The notes under the pieces are model-generated. The model searched no databases and had not been told where the DNA came from. It saw only the letters and a program-made list of their open reading frames with translations. From Diadema antillarum (lineage: Eukaryota), in assembly GCF_040938485.1 (NCBI RefSeq), contig NW_027271001.1:3906001-3970000 (forward strand): a stretch of DNA of 64,000 bases, given 5' to 3'. Of the stretch, positions 28,195-50,653 are shown piece after piece. A program made the translations under genes and the position numbers. Each line of letters opens with the position of its first letter. Position 1 is the stretch's first letter.

Positions 28195-28942
28195 CTAAAT
28201 GATAATGCCAAATGCAAGGTGGTTTACTTTCAAAAGAATATCCCTTCTTTGGTTTTTGTCTCCTTCTACGACACGCTGCTCAGAGAGGCATGTTTTTTTT
28301 TTAATACTTCAAGTGGCTTCACAGTCAAGTGCGTCGCATCACAACTTTAAAAGATGCTTCTTGGACATGAATGATTCATGAGAAACGTTGGCGTCTCTCG
28401 TTGATTTTGCCTTGGCAACTAACCTATGCGTCTTTACACACTAGCAATGAGCACATACCTGCGGATTGACACAAAACACAAGAAATTTGCAGTGATGATA
28501 CTTACTTCTCGTTTGACATTGCATTTCATGCATTCTTCTTTAGATAAATGACACCCGGAGAGGCCATAACCTTTGCCGATTACGCTTTATGGTAACTGCT
28601 CACGCAACCCTTCCAAAGTTTACATTAAAGCTGATTTTTATACTCACACAGTACCGGGTAAATTAAAACCTACACAGGTAGGTGAATATTTCTCCGATGA
28701 CCGAGATTTGTATCCATAGTTGTGTGCGTCATCTGTTCGCAATAAATACATTCAAATACTGTGAACTCAGTACAAATACTTAAGCTACCAAACAAACAAA
28801 CAAACAAAAAACACACGAACAAATAGTACAGATTTTTGATCATTGGAAAGCAAAGGCCCTGCAAGGAATATAAACGCGATAAACTTGGCCCAATAGAACT
28901 TCTGCCAAGGTGTTACATAATCTGTAACTTAGCAAACCAACT

Positions 28943-29230
28943 ATTATTATTATTTATTATTATTTATTCGGCATTTGCAAAACAATACAAGTGATAACAG
29001 AGAAACAGAATAAACAAACAAAACACAAGAAAACAAAGTGTCAGGCTTTCCCTGTTGAGCTTCCCGAAGGAGCCGGGTTGGAAAAAAGCAATCAAAATCA
29101 CTATGACCCTTGGGCCTCTCCAACCAACTTAAGGAAGCACATCAGGGAACTGTTGAACATAAAAGAAAAGAAATAATACCATTTTGAATTAAGCGTCTTA
29201 CCCTGTTCAGTTTCCACCAACTATGATCTT
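28943..29230 (-). mobile_element. Probable LINE 3'UTR remnant with (AAT)n tail
   Basis: Minus strand is T-rich and ends ...gccgaataaataataataaataataata; no coding part recognised. Confidence 0.35.
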
Positions 29231-30869
29231 ACATGGTGGAAATCCAGAGCTAGAGGAAGTAATAACAGTGAAACAAAATGAAATCCTTGGGAAATATAAA
29301 CAAGTAAGCTATAGGTTACTATTATGCACGAGGATTCTGTGTCTTATGTAACCAATGATAACCAAGTAATGACCAAAGTATGCAAACTAGTTTCTGATTA
29401 AACGAAAGAAAGATATTATTCAGAGGGGTGAAGGTTCCGATGCGAGTTTCGTCACTTCTTGTCTCCCTCTACAAATTAAATTTGTTAAGATCGCAACTGA
29501 GGTTTCTGATTGCTCACCCCCCCCCCCCCATCTTAAAAATGTATTCCAACACAGCCCAACTTGAGCTACATTTTTGGCGTTTTGTACGCGATACGATGTA
29601 AGAAATCAGAAAATCCCACAAAATTTCTTTTTTTTTTTTTTGGAGGGGGGAGGGGAAGGAAATCTACACATTCCTGCTCCTTGTTAGAGACATACGTTGA
29701 GGGTAACATGCCCCCTGTTCCTGAAAGAGGCAAATCAAGTGCTCTCCTATCATGCTGGGAAAGCAAAAACGTGATGAATTTACTTCATGTTTTCTTTTTA
29801 TCGTTTCCATACGTGTAAGAAAAAACCCTTTTTACTTTGTTTGTAATATAAAATTGCACATTTTATGAATTATCTGTCAAACTTGACGAAATACTCGAGT
29901 CAGGACCGGCAACATGACCTCATCTAATTTGCATATACGTCATTGCTACAGTTATATCATTAGTTCGAGAATTCATTCAAAACTTGAGAATTTCCTAACT
30001 TGTATAGTTTTAGGGTTACTTTCATGAAAAAATTGAGTATTTGTTCAAATGATCTAACACTTTGAAAGCCACCATTAACATGGTATGGAATGACATTTTA
30101 GTTGTAATATTTGTATATGCATATATGTGTGTGTGTGCTCAATTGTGTTTTTACAACTCCTTTAGCTGGTTGTATTCTGAGCAATTAGCAGTTTCACTGT
30201 CTGTATGATTTTACCGAATTGTCAATGTTTTGTCACCAGTAACACCATCAGTTGAGTTGAGATTGCTTTTTGGTATAATGAAAAGTATATCGAACTAATT
30301 TGTCCTAATGAATCGCCACATCAAAAGTGCAACATCGAACATCGTTGGATTTACTAGTGACCTTTTACAAATGGAATGATTTGCGCTAAAATCCAAGAAG
30401 GGGGTATCATGTCCCCAAACTACTACACAGTCACACACACGGCTTCATTTTCCTTTGTTGTGAACACGTTTGAATGAAATTGAATTTGTCATGGACATAA
30501 AGAAATTTGAAATGTACAATCTTTCTATGTAGGCAATTATTGTGTCAATTCTTGAAATCCTGAAAAGTGCTTTTAGATGTGACCACTGAGTAGCAGTATC
30601 TGAACGGAGCAAGATTACTTGGCACCGATGGATTTTAATGCCTTTCTAAGGGCTAATCTAATTAGAAATGAACACCGCAAACACACATGAACACACACAC
30701 GCGCGCGCGCACACGCACACACACACACCCATACACTATCATACAAACGTACGGTCATGCACGATATGCGCGTAAACTATCATTTCCTGCAATTTCATAC
30801 GAATGACAAATCCACTTTAAATGCTGCTAAACAGGAAAACACATTGGAAGTTGGAACAAATATTGATTA

Positions 30870-30887
30870 CACTTGCGTAACTTTATT
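30870..30887 (-). terminator. Polyadenylation signal block of copy 4
   Basis: Sense AATAAA-N4-CGCAAGTG about 155 nt after the stop. Confidence 0.6.
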
Positions 30888-31041
30888 TTCTTCTCGGTCG
30901 TAGAATCATTGTTTACGTACGCGACCACCTCCGTATTTTTTAGTTTTCAGTTTATGGAAAGATTTCTGCCTCTGTTTTGTAGTCATCATATTTGTGATGA
31001 GTTCTGGTTGAACTTGAAGGGCTGTGGAATTCAGCTGTCGT

Positions 31042-36877
<5,836 letters not shown>

Positions 36878-36957
36878 TTTGGTTGCTTATGCTGTAGAAA
36901 AGCGTCGAGATATGTTGAAGTGAAAGGCAGCAAAGTCCACGAGAGAGCTCTTCTGCT

Positions 36958-37090
36958 CCTATGTCGATGGTAGGGCCGAAAAGAACCTCAGTGGTTTCTA
37001 CCTAGAAACCGTCTGGCTTATATCCGTTGAGCTTGTCGTCTCGCATTACAAAGAAAGCCATATGCCCCAGCGCGCCAATCTGAATGATAA
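36958..37090 (-). promoter_or_regulatory. Copy 4 promoter module: CCAAT 37075-37079, TATAAG starting 37022, predicted TSS about 36992, hairpin 36958-36974
   Basis: Shared block GCGCCAATCT(G/A)AAT(G/A)AT(A/T)AT; TATA 30 nt upstream of the aligned (c/t)cAc start. Confidence 0.6.
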
Positions 37091-37667
37091 TGAGTTGTGC
37101 GTGCCAGGAAAGGGTGTGTCCATAGGTTTCTACAACGTGCTCGCTGCTCAGTACATGCGTTTGATTTCGTACAGGTGGCTTCGCGGTCAAGAGCGCCGGA
37201 TTGATTTAAAAAAAAATACCGCTGGTATCGATGGTTGTTGTTTATTCTTTATTGCCGACATACATTCCATTCTACAAATTCTTCTTTGAATATGCAAGCA
37301 AGGCCGCCAATCTTCCTGGGCCTTGCCCAACTCATGAGGCTCCTCCCACTATAGGCGGGATTGCCTATATAATTATGCAAATTCAAATTTATAGATGGGT
37401 GCTATTTTAGCGAATTAGTCGGGTGCACGAGTTTCTAATGAATAGAGTATTGTGAATCAAGCGTGTATACACGAGTCGTTGCTGTGACTACCAAAGCAAA
37501 ACAAATAAACAAACAAACAAGCAACAACTTAGCGCGAAACAGGTGAATTCATGATTTGAAAGCACAGACAGACATGCAGTGAGGAATGCAAGGGGGAAAT
37601 AAGGAAACAATTCAGAGTTTACCAACGGTGATGTTACATAACCTGTAATGATTTATCCAGTAGTTAA

Positions 37668-37965
37668 AGGGGCCCTGAAATCCAAATGCATGTTGATCTG
37701 TGTCGATTCATAATACCCTCAACATCACTTTTGCGGTGAAACGAATATCTAGAAACATTCCATATATTTTTAATGATTTTTTTCTTCTATTTTTCTTCAG
37801 ATTACTTGGGAACGCCCATAAAAAAAATCCTTTCATACCAATCGATATTCATATTCTTGAGATGACATCATTTGTCAATCATTGCTAAAGTGTTGAAATG
37901 TTTAACAAAATCAAAAGCCATTGGAATGCACCTTCCCCTCGACTCAGCATAACTTGCATGTTTCA
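37668..37965 (+). mobile_element. TTAA-type MITE family C, left-end copy
   Basis: TTAA|aggggccctgaaatccaaatgcatgttg; body matches 61005-61369. Confidence 0.75.
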
Positions 37966-39246
37966 GTCGTATTAATGTGACGAACAAAAGACATTGCGAG
38001 GGAACATGTGCACATGGACTTATCCCAAGCTCGCTTTATTTGAGATGTACATTTATAGCCTACATAGTTTTGCCTGCTGCACAGGCTAAATGGGCCTAAT
38101 CTGACAAAACTACATTACTTTACTTACGTACTTCTGTATAAAAAAAAAAAAAAAAATCCGAATGGTCACCGAACAACGTATGTCAAGTTACGAAGTTTTT
38201 TCCTGCCTAATGACCTCATAATTTTCCTTAGGTAGGCCTAGATAGAAATTTACGAGTCTTTTAATCTACAAAAGTTACTACACTAAACTACTACACTATA
38301 TTTGGACATTCTTGACACGACGTTTTGTAAAACATCAATGATAAGAAGAAAATGTCAAAACTCGAAACGTGCAGTGCTCTCCTAACATTGTCCCGACATT
38401 GTCTGGGTAAGGTCTTTTAAAACATGGCTTTGAATAACAAATACTAGTAATATTCGCATAGCATGAAGCATACAATTATCTATTACAAAACTATCATTTC
38501 AATTGAATGTAGCTATACAGCACCTCAACTTGCGCCTAAGTTTCCCTATATCTTCATTTTTAGTTGCTCTTCTCTGCTAAAAACAAACCTGTGTATGTAT
38601 ACTAGTAATTGAAAATGGGTTTATTGTTTACACAAGACTCTATCATCGCAATGCTCTTTCCCGTTGACGTCCCCCCCCCCCTTTATCACAAACTCAGTGC
38701 CGTTTCATTCGTTTTTCGTTGTTATTGCCCCTTTCTCAGATGTAGTCATACAAGTGTGTAATTGTTATATATTTGTTTGATCTCTTTATACGAAGGCATG
38801 TTCCAACTGTACAATTGTTTTCTTTCTTTATGATAATGGGAAATAAACTTGAATCTTCGTATTGTATTTGGGCAACTGCAAATTCAATCGCCGTTCCAGC
38901 AATCTACAATACAAGATCATGATGATTATTGCTTGCATTAATCGTCATTAACGTTTCATATAGCTTGTTGAGCGTTGGTATCGACGTCCAGTTGGCTCTG
39001 TTTACTGGCCACCTGGAATCTTCGCTCTTTTTTGTAATGTTTATACTTGTTTAAATGAAATCGGATTTGTCACAAACATGTAGAAATTGTGTTTTTTTAC
39101 AGTACATAGTTTTTCTGTGCAGGTAATTTTCCCGTCAGTGTTTGAAATCTTGATATTGTGCTTTTATTTAGATTGAGCGCTGATCTGTCGAACTTCTTGC
39201 GATAAGAGTATACTTGGCGCCGACCTTCTAAGTACTTATGTCTTAA

Positions 39247-39627
39247 AGGGATCGTATAGTTTTGGTTGAGACCTAATTTCAGGTTTCTAACATTTTTTGG
39301 TGAGATAATGAGAAACCTCTTATGAAATATGAAAGAGCATGTAATTCCATGAGGAATTCAACATTTATTTGATGAAAATTGGTTTGGAAATGGCTGAGAT
39401 ATCCAAAACAGAGCGATTCTAATAAGTGTGGGACCCACACTTTATTACGATCGCTTTGTTTTACTTTGTTTTTGGATGTTTCAGTCATTACAAACCCGAT
39501 TTTCATCAAATAAACTTTGAATTCCTCTTAAAATGGTATGCTCTGTACTATATCATAAGTGTTTTGTTCGTATCTCACAAAAAGTTAAAAGCCCAATTTT
39601 CATCTCTACCAATACTGTACCATCCCT
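39247..39627. mobile_element. TTAA-flanked MITE family B, copy 3
   Basis: TTAA|agggatcg...catccct|TTAA, with internal inverted arms. Confidence 0.85.
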
Positions 39628-40687
39628 TTAACATCACAAATACTAGGTGTTACAAAAACATTTCCAACTTTTGATTCTTAATAGTTCAAAGACTATATAT
39701 CAGATAAAACTGTCATTGATATGAGTTACAGCTGAATGGTGTACAATTTAGTTGGAGGTGATATGAATATGAAAACCTATATTAGTTTCATGAAATCAAT
39801 GATTTATTTCAATGTTAGGTTCCAGATTTTGAGCAAATTTTAACCCTCTGTACAAAACTGGAACTTTACACAGGAAACAATGATGTGTACATGTATGTGA
39901 GTGTGTGTTTACAATGACCCTGAACAATGGACATGGCTATCATACCACCTGTTCAGAGCTCTGCTGCAAGCCACATGAATACTTTATTAATGATTCATGT
40001 GGATTACCCCGAGCACCGCTAGTCTGAATTTATGACACAAGGTGAAAAGCATGCACATGAGAAAAATGAGCATAATATGTTTCCATGTGCTTGCATACAC
40101 CGCATTTGGTTGAAAATAGAGCAAAATCTGAAACCTAACTGAAAAATTACTGTTGAATTTTACGAGACTGAATCATTCTTTTATTTTCAAATTACCTCCA
40201 ACAAAATTGTACACTATTCAGCTTATTGTTCATATCAATGTTAGTGTTATCTGATATATAGTTTTTGAACTATAAAGGATCGAAAGCGGGAAATATTTTT
40301 GTAACACCTAGTACACACCGCACAAATATACAATCAGGCATACACGCAATTGCAACCCAAACTCATACATACGTTTACTCATGTACACACACATTAACCC
40401 ACACCTTGTGTTTGCAAAGGCACGTGAATGATGGATGTGTAGATGTTTAAAATCCGTTTGAACTAATCCTAACCAGGACAGGCATTCAAAACTTGGAAAA
40501 CAACCATACTGAAAGAGAAAAGAATAGAATAAAAACAATTTGACACACTTCCACGTCGCAAGACCCCTTTTTCATAATCAAACTCAATGACTCTCTGTAG
40601 AATGACGGTCTTAGTTGTTTATAAAATATAAGGAAACAAAATGTGACTAACACAACGACACACTTTTGAACAATTATTGATATATAG

Positions 40688-40705
40688 CACTTGAGTGGAT
40701 TTATT
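40688..40705 (-). terminator. Polyadenylation signal block of copy 5
   Basis: Sense AATAAA-N4-CTCAAGTG about 125 nt after the stop. Confidence 0.6.
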
Positions 40706-40829
40706 TTTTTTCCGGTTCTTTCGATATACTTGAGTTTTTGGAAGCATGTCTGCGTCTGCTTGTGCCATCATGATTATTTCAAGACACCTAGGTCGTCAAC
40801 AATCAGCGCTGTGGAAAGTCCGTCGTCTC

Positions 40830-44610
<3,781 letters not shown>

Positions 44611-44678
44611 TTGGGCTGTGGAAAAGTGTCGAAATTTGCTGTAACGGAAAGTACGTTTATCAAGGGTGTTCTTCTTAT

Positions 44679-44830
44679 CCTACGTTGATGGTAGGGCCGA
44701 AAAGATCCTATGTGATGTTTGCTACGGAAATCACCTGTCTTTGTAAGTCAGGCGCATATCGACTGATGTTATTGGTCAATGGAGAACACAAATAAAGCAC
44801 ATGCCGGAGAGCGCCAATCTGAATAATTAT
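44679..44830 (-). promoter_or_regulatory. Copy 5 promoter module: CCAAT 44814-44818, TATA variant TACAAAG starting 44745, predicted TSS about 44713, hairpin 44679-44695
   Basis: Same block order and spacing as copies 3 and 4; Inr-like TCACAT at the predicted TSS. Confidence 0.55.
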
Positions 44831-45885
44831 GCAAAGAGCGTGCTTGCATTTCAAGGGTGTGCCTATACAGCTTTCAACAACGTGCTGCTTTGTGGGGCAT
44901 ATCATAAATGTTTGATTTTAAATGTCTCCGCGGACTAGAGCGCTCAATTGATCATGGTGATTGATTATGAAAATCACCACTTCAACCATTTATTTTTTTC
45001 TGTATTTTAACTTTGCTGTCTACAGTTTATTCTATGTTGACGAGTATAACGGGGGGAAATCAACGTTAATGCAAATCATTGCTCATTTTACATTGCATAT
45101 TATGCATCTTTCTCTTACTGTGACACCGAGGGAGGTTAGTAACCTGCTCATTAAGCCCCTCCCACAGGGCGGGTTTAATTGCGAAGTAAATTCGAATTTG
45201 TTGGCATGTGAACATTTCTCCGATGAATTGTTAGCGAACAGACAATTTCCGTAGTGTATTACAATTCATGGATGTTTCTTTTCCTGCAGCAGTCTATAAT
45301 AAGCCAGTTCACAGTTAGCTCATGGACAAATTGGTACAAAGATCTTTATTTTTTCTCAATTGGTTAGGCACTTCACTCGTTAATAAAGCAGCGTGATGCA
45401 TAAGCGTGCTCACAATTTATGGAATTCACGTTCAAACAAAGAATGAATTTACGCAGAGCAGGTGACAAGAATATGGTCTGTCAATTGACACTCCGGCAAG
45501 CATTCATTTTGTCGTTTTGTGTTGAATGCATAAACAAACTTTTTCTACCAACATTGCTAAATACCAGGCTTGCTGTAAGGTGGATATTCTGGTAAGCACC
45601 ATTCATAAGGGTCACATGAATAATCATTACATCAGGGATGCTTATCTCAGTGAATAAAAAAAAACAAAAAAAACCAACGTACCTGATTGTACAAATGACC
45701 TTTTTCTGCTCATGCACAAAGTGGAACTGTAAACTGGCTTATAGCAACGAAGCATTTTCATTCACCTAGTGCTCCCTCCAGCATAGGTCCTCAGACAAAG
45801 AAAAAAACAAAAGTAAACAGACAAAAAAAATCACCCTATGGTTGCTAGGTAGGGCAAGCCTCCGACCGGCTTTGTGGGCGTAGTG

Positions 45886-45927
45886 TTAACTCTTAATGTG
45901 CCAGGCCCAAAACCCCTAACGTGCCAG
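45886..45927 (+). repeat. piggyBac left end: TTAA, 14-bp TIR and inner repeat TAACGTGCCAG (45917-45927)
   Basis: TAATGTGCCAG (45894-45904) recurs as TAACGTGCCAG 23 bp inward. The inner copy matches the right TIR exactly over TAACGTGCCA. Confidence 0.7.
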
Positions 45928-48900
45928 AGATTTTTAGCCAGTGCTCGGAAGCTCCGAATCTGGATAGACAGGGTAATTTCAAACTGTCATATCTCTGTAA
46001 TTACTGCTTGTTTTGAAATGTTGTCTGCACAAAAAATGTGGAGAAATGGTAGTTCTTTCGTGCCATGTCGTCAGTTTGCAGTAATATTTATCCTAATTTG
46101 AAATATTGCTGAAAGAAATCATATCATAAAAAAATTATTAAGAAATTTTGGGTAGCATGAAAAGGAAGAATTAATTGTGAATTTTCTTCAATAGAACGTG
46201 TGTTTGACTCTGTGACAAAGTTTTAGATATACATTTTTTCTTTCGAATGATACCACATTTGTCAACTAGAGTCGTATACTTTCCGAGATATTCGCAGTTT
46301 GTTTTGCCCATGCAATTTACTTTTTTGACCGAGTAGTTCATTCCCAAACTTTGGTTATTTAGTCCCGGTTCCTCTTTGAGAGTAAAGGTAATTGTCCCGG
46401 GTCTTGGAGGAGAGTCTTTCCACTCTTTTATCCATTTGAGCAGGAAGTGCCAACAGTAATCCCTCTTTTGTTAGTGTGAGGGGCGAGCGTGCCCTATTGA
46501 AATCGGCAGTCCTTTGTCGGTGAGGGGCTCGTTGGCGTGCGAGCCCATGGTCACAGGCGGAGATAATCCGAGGATGCCTTGAACAATGTGCTACACTGTC
46601 GGACCAAAAAATATCTTATTGACAATGCGGCGCATGCCTTCCTTATTATTTCATCAAAAGTCTACGAGTAATCGATCAATGGTCAGTTCCTTGTTTTGCG
46701 TAGCTACCCACCACCAAAGCGATCGCGGCATGACTAAAGTGTAACCTTAGTAACTTCATAACAACGACGCGTGTTTGGCTCACAACAAGCGATTTACTCA
46801 CAGCACCACGAGGACAGCCGCTGAAACCTGCAGTTGAAGCCACGTGCTTGTTGCGCCTAGCGCTGGTTGAAACCAGATACGTGGAACAAAGTGGAATTTG
46901 AAAATATAGCACTACACATATCTACATAATCCTCATTCTGAAACGTTCACCAGATTTTGAAGAGCAATCAGACCCTCATCTAGGTCTAATATTCCCGCGA
47001 ACTGTATGCGAACATCGTTTTGTAGGAATATGAAATTCTCAAACTAATTAGTCTATTTCAAAATGAAGGACATAATGGCACACAGACCAAGAACTACACA
47101 TCCATATGAAATAAACAAAGGTTACTGATAGTGCATTTGCGTGCACTGCAGTGCGGTGATTCGGGGGGGGGGGGGGAGGCGTAAAGAAAGGGAGAGAGTG
47201 ATTTTTGGTTTGCGTATTTCTGAATATTTCAAAAGATTTTGATCGGTAACAATATCATTGTTTACTGAAATTATTTTGGAGCTTAGTGAGTTTCATTTTC
47301 GTATCGCACCAATATTATGACCATGTGAAAAAACTATTACTTTGCTTTTTGACGTGATCGGTACATTGGGTGTTGGGTAACACTTACAAACAGAATATCA
47401 GCGATATTAGAGGTATCCCAGAAATTGTACTTCACTTCGGAAAAGTGTTTTGATGCTGGACCTTCGCATGACAGCAGATTCATTTCCCGACATTTTAACC
47501 GCTAACGTCTCACAACCTTAGTAATATCGGAGAAAACTGCAAAATCAGAATGTAAAGTCTAGCACTCATCCGTCGCGAAAGTCATGCATCCACACATCAA
47601 AGAATATGATCAAGTCAAGCACGCATCCTTATGTTTTGAAAAAAAAAAGAAAATATATATAAAATTGTTAAACATTATATGATTAGTATGATCACGTTAT
47701 TTGAGGTAAAAAAAAAAAAACATGAGGGAAAACATTTGAGGTGCAGTAAAAACTAAAATCTTTCCAACAAAATTACCATGATGCAAAATGATAGAAAGAG
47801 AGAATCAAAGGACTTCAAAAATCATCGTACCCGTGTAGCAGCTATAAAGAAGAAGGCAATGCTGGTAAGTGGGATTGAGCCGCCGGGGCAACAAAATATC
47901 AAGCAAAGAAACAAGATGTCAATCAATCAAACAAACAAACAACGAAAAGAAACTACAAACATAAAGACAACCTTTAGAAACTCTGCTAATGTGGGTTTTT
48001 TTGATGTCATTATCTCTCTTTTGAAATTACGTCTCCTTACTCGCTAATCGCTCCTGATTAGTTTACGTTATTCAGCAGTATAGTCAATACAGCTATCTTC
48101 TGTCGGAAGATCTGAGGCGCTTTTCTTATTGCTGCTAATTCTGTTCACTACACGTCTTGTAACTCAGAGTGTCATCTTTTTCTCTAGCAGAAACAGTATT
48201 TACACTCTATACTGTCGAAGTTCAGTCGTCCCGGTGTAGCGTAGAATGCTAGCTTCATTATTCATACTTTTCTTTATCAATTTTTATGATTTCGATCACT
48301 GATCGTGCCTTTGCATAAATCAAAGTATGTGCTCTGTCTCCCCCTCTCTTTCTCTCTCCCTCACTCTCTCTTTATATCTTGCCCCTCAACTTCTTCATTT
48401 CTGATCGTTGACTTGTTATTCACATTAGGCATAATTGACTGTGAAGTTACGATAATCTCAATGTCAATAGTAATCACTATCGCTGCAAAGGAAGGGGGAA
48501 GTTTTCGCCGTCTGGTTCATGAGTTCAATTAGATGCGCTCAATGATGATAATAATTATACATAATAAATGAATGCATGTACACGCCAAATACAGAATGAG
48601 CTGTTTTTCACGTTTGTAGTTTCGTATACACCCATGCAATCACTCGTATGCTGTAGGATGCATATAGGATGATGCTTCATTTCGCTACAAACTGAAGGGT
48701 TTCAAGGAATGAATGCAGAACACAGGTGGTACTGAAACTCATATTTTGTTGTGCACAGAAATGAAGCAAAATATGCTATAGGCAAAGGGAGTCGAAGTAA
48801 TTCCTGTCAAAGATTAATTTGGAAACGTGTTTTACTGACCTAAAAACTCAAACCATGTTCAATAAAGCGTAGGTGTCACGCTAGTATATAAGTTTCATTC

Positions 48901-49575
48901 ACAGGCTTCGACTATAACTATCATAGGGCTCTTCTAGTCTTCATAAAACATGTATCGTTTTCTTGCAGCTCCGCGATGCTCACTGCATTTGAAAGTCGAC
49001 CGAAAGAACTCTCACAAAAGGCGAAGTTTGTATATGCTTATACTGCGTTTATTCATGAACTAAAGCTTTCTTTGAACATGCAAAATCTTCACAACTTATG
49101 CTACCATCAGGGGAGGTCTCTTGAATTCTTGGTTTCTGTTCTGTACGTTGCTCTGATTGACTCTTCTTTCTTGGTAAAGACCCTATCTGCGCTAATGATA
49201 ATCATTTCCTATTTTTTCTCACAGTCCGTCGAAATCAGAGGCCTTCCTTCAACACCCTGTCATTACCACATTCTTCATACAAGGTACCCCACGTATTTCA
49301 AGTACCTGTATACAGCTTGTTGATTTTCTTTTTTTGATAACAATTAGATGCATTACTGACATAATCACTTCTTGAAAAATGTACACGAAAATCGTTGGTA
49401 CAATGCATACAGTCAATCCACGTTGCTATAGACATGATGGAGGATGGTTATGGAAATACATGTACGGACCCATCACAACAGCCACGTCCCACCGGTATCG
49501 AGACAGGAGTAATGCAACTGGAATGGACAGAATTTGAATCTGTTTTGAAAATTGAATAATACAGAGCTAAAAAAT

Positions 49576-50574
49576 GATAGTTTGATTTTTTTAAGAACAT
49601 GTGAATACCTCTAGTATCCAAAATTCACGGAAATGGGTATTGTACTGCACGCGATCTTCAATTCTGATCTGTGGTAACAGCGAGTTCTTCAGATCGGCGA
49701 CGCTAACATCAAGACGGCGCAGATTCCCGTGTTGGACAATGATCATGGCTGTTGGCTGTGTCGCGCATGTTCAGAACATAATGATCTGCCTGATTAGCGT
49801 CCTCTTAGCGTTTGCGAGGCAAATCTTTGGTTCGTGTTTATACCACTGTGTGGTCAAGATGAGAGAGATGAATTGCAAGTTTTATGATTGAAACTTGTCT
49901 GTGTTCTTTCTTTCCTTTTTCTCGCAAAAGCTGATTGCTTTTCTTATAGGCTACAACACGGTATTATGTATCCTGAAGAAGCTTTGCAAAGCGGAATAAA
50001 CAAAAAAATCTGACTGCAGCATGAAGGAGAAGCATTTTATGTTCTGCTTTACATGGTACATATTTTGTCCTATACTATTATGACAGAGAAGAAGCGCCGT
50101 CTTAGGTTATCAAGCGCAGTCGTTATAACATTATATATATATATACTTCTATATACATGTCGGTAGAAAAGATGAAGAAGTAGAATGGTAATGAATTTTG
50201 AAAGTCCGAATGTGCTAATAAATAGCACTGTTGGACTGTCAAAATGCATTACCACTCTACTTGTTTATCTTTTCTTTACTGGTACCAACACGCGGACTAC
50301 GAGTTTCATAATACATAATCATAATCTATATATATATAGCATACAAGGTGAAGCGGCTTGGCCTCCTACGTTGTGGGTGCTGCATTATATTCATGTGTAG
50401 GTGTGACGGGAAAGACTGCTCGCAGATGTTGCAGTAATGTTCACTAATAGCCTTTTACTCTCCCAAGCTTTCGACCGAGTTACCAGTCTTTTTCAAGGGC
50501 TTGGAACGTAAACACAAAAGCAGAAAAGCAACCAATTTGCATACATTTGAACAGAATAAGGCAAAATCGTATAT

Positions 50575-50653
<79 letters not shown>

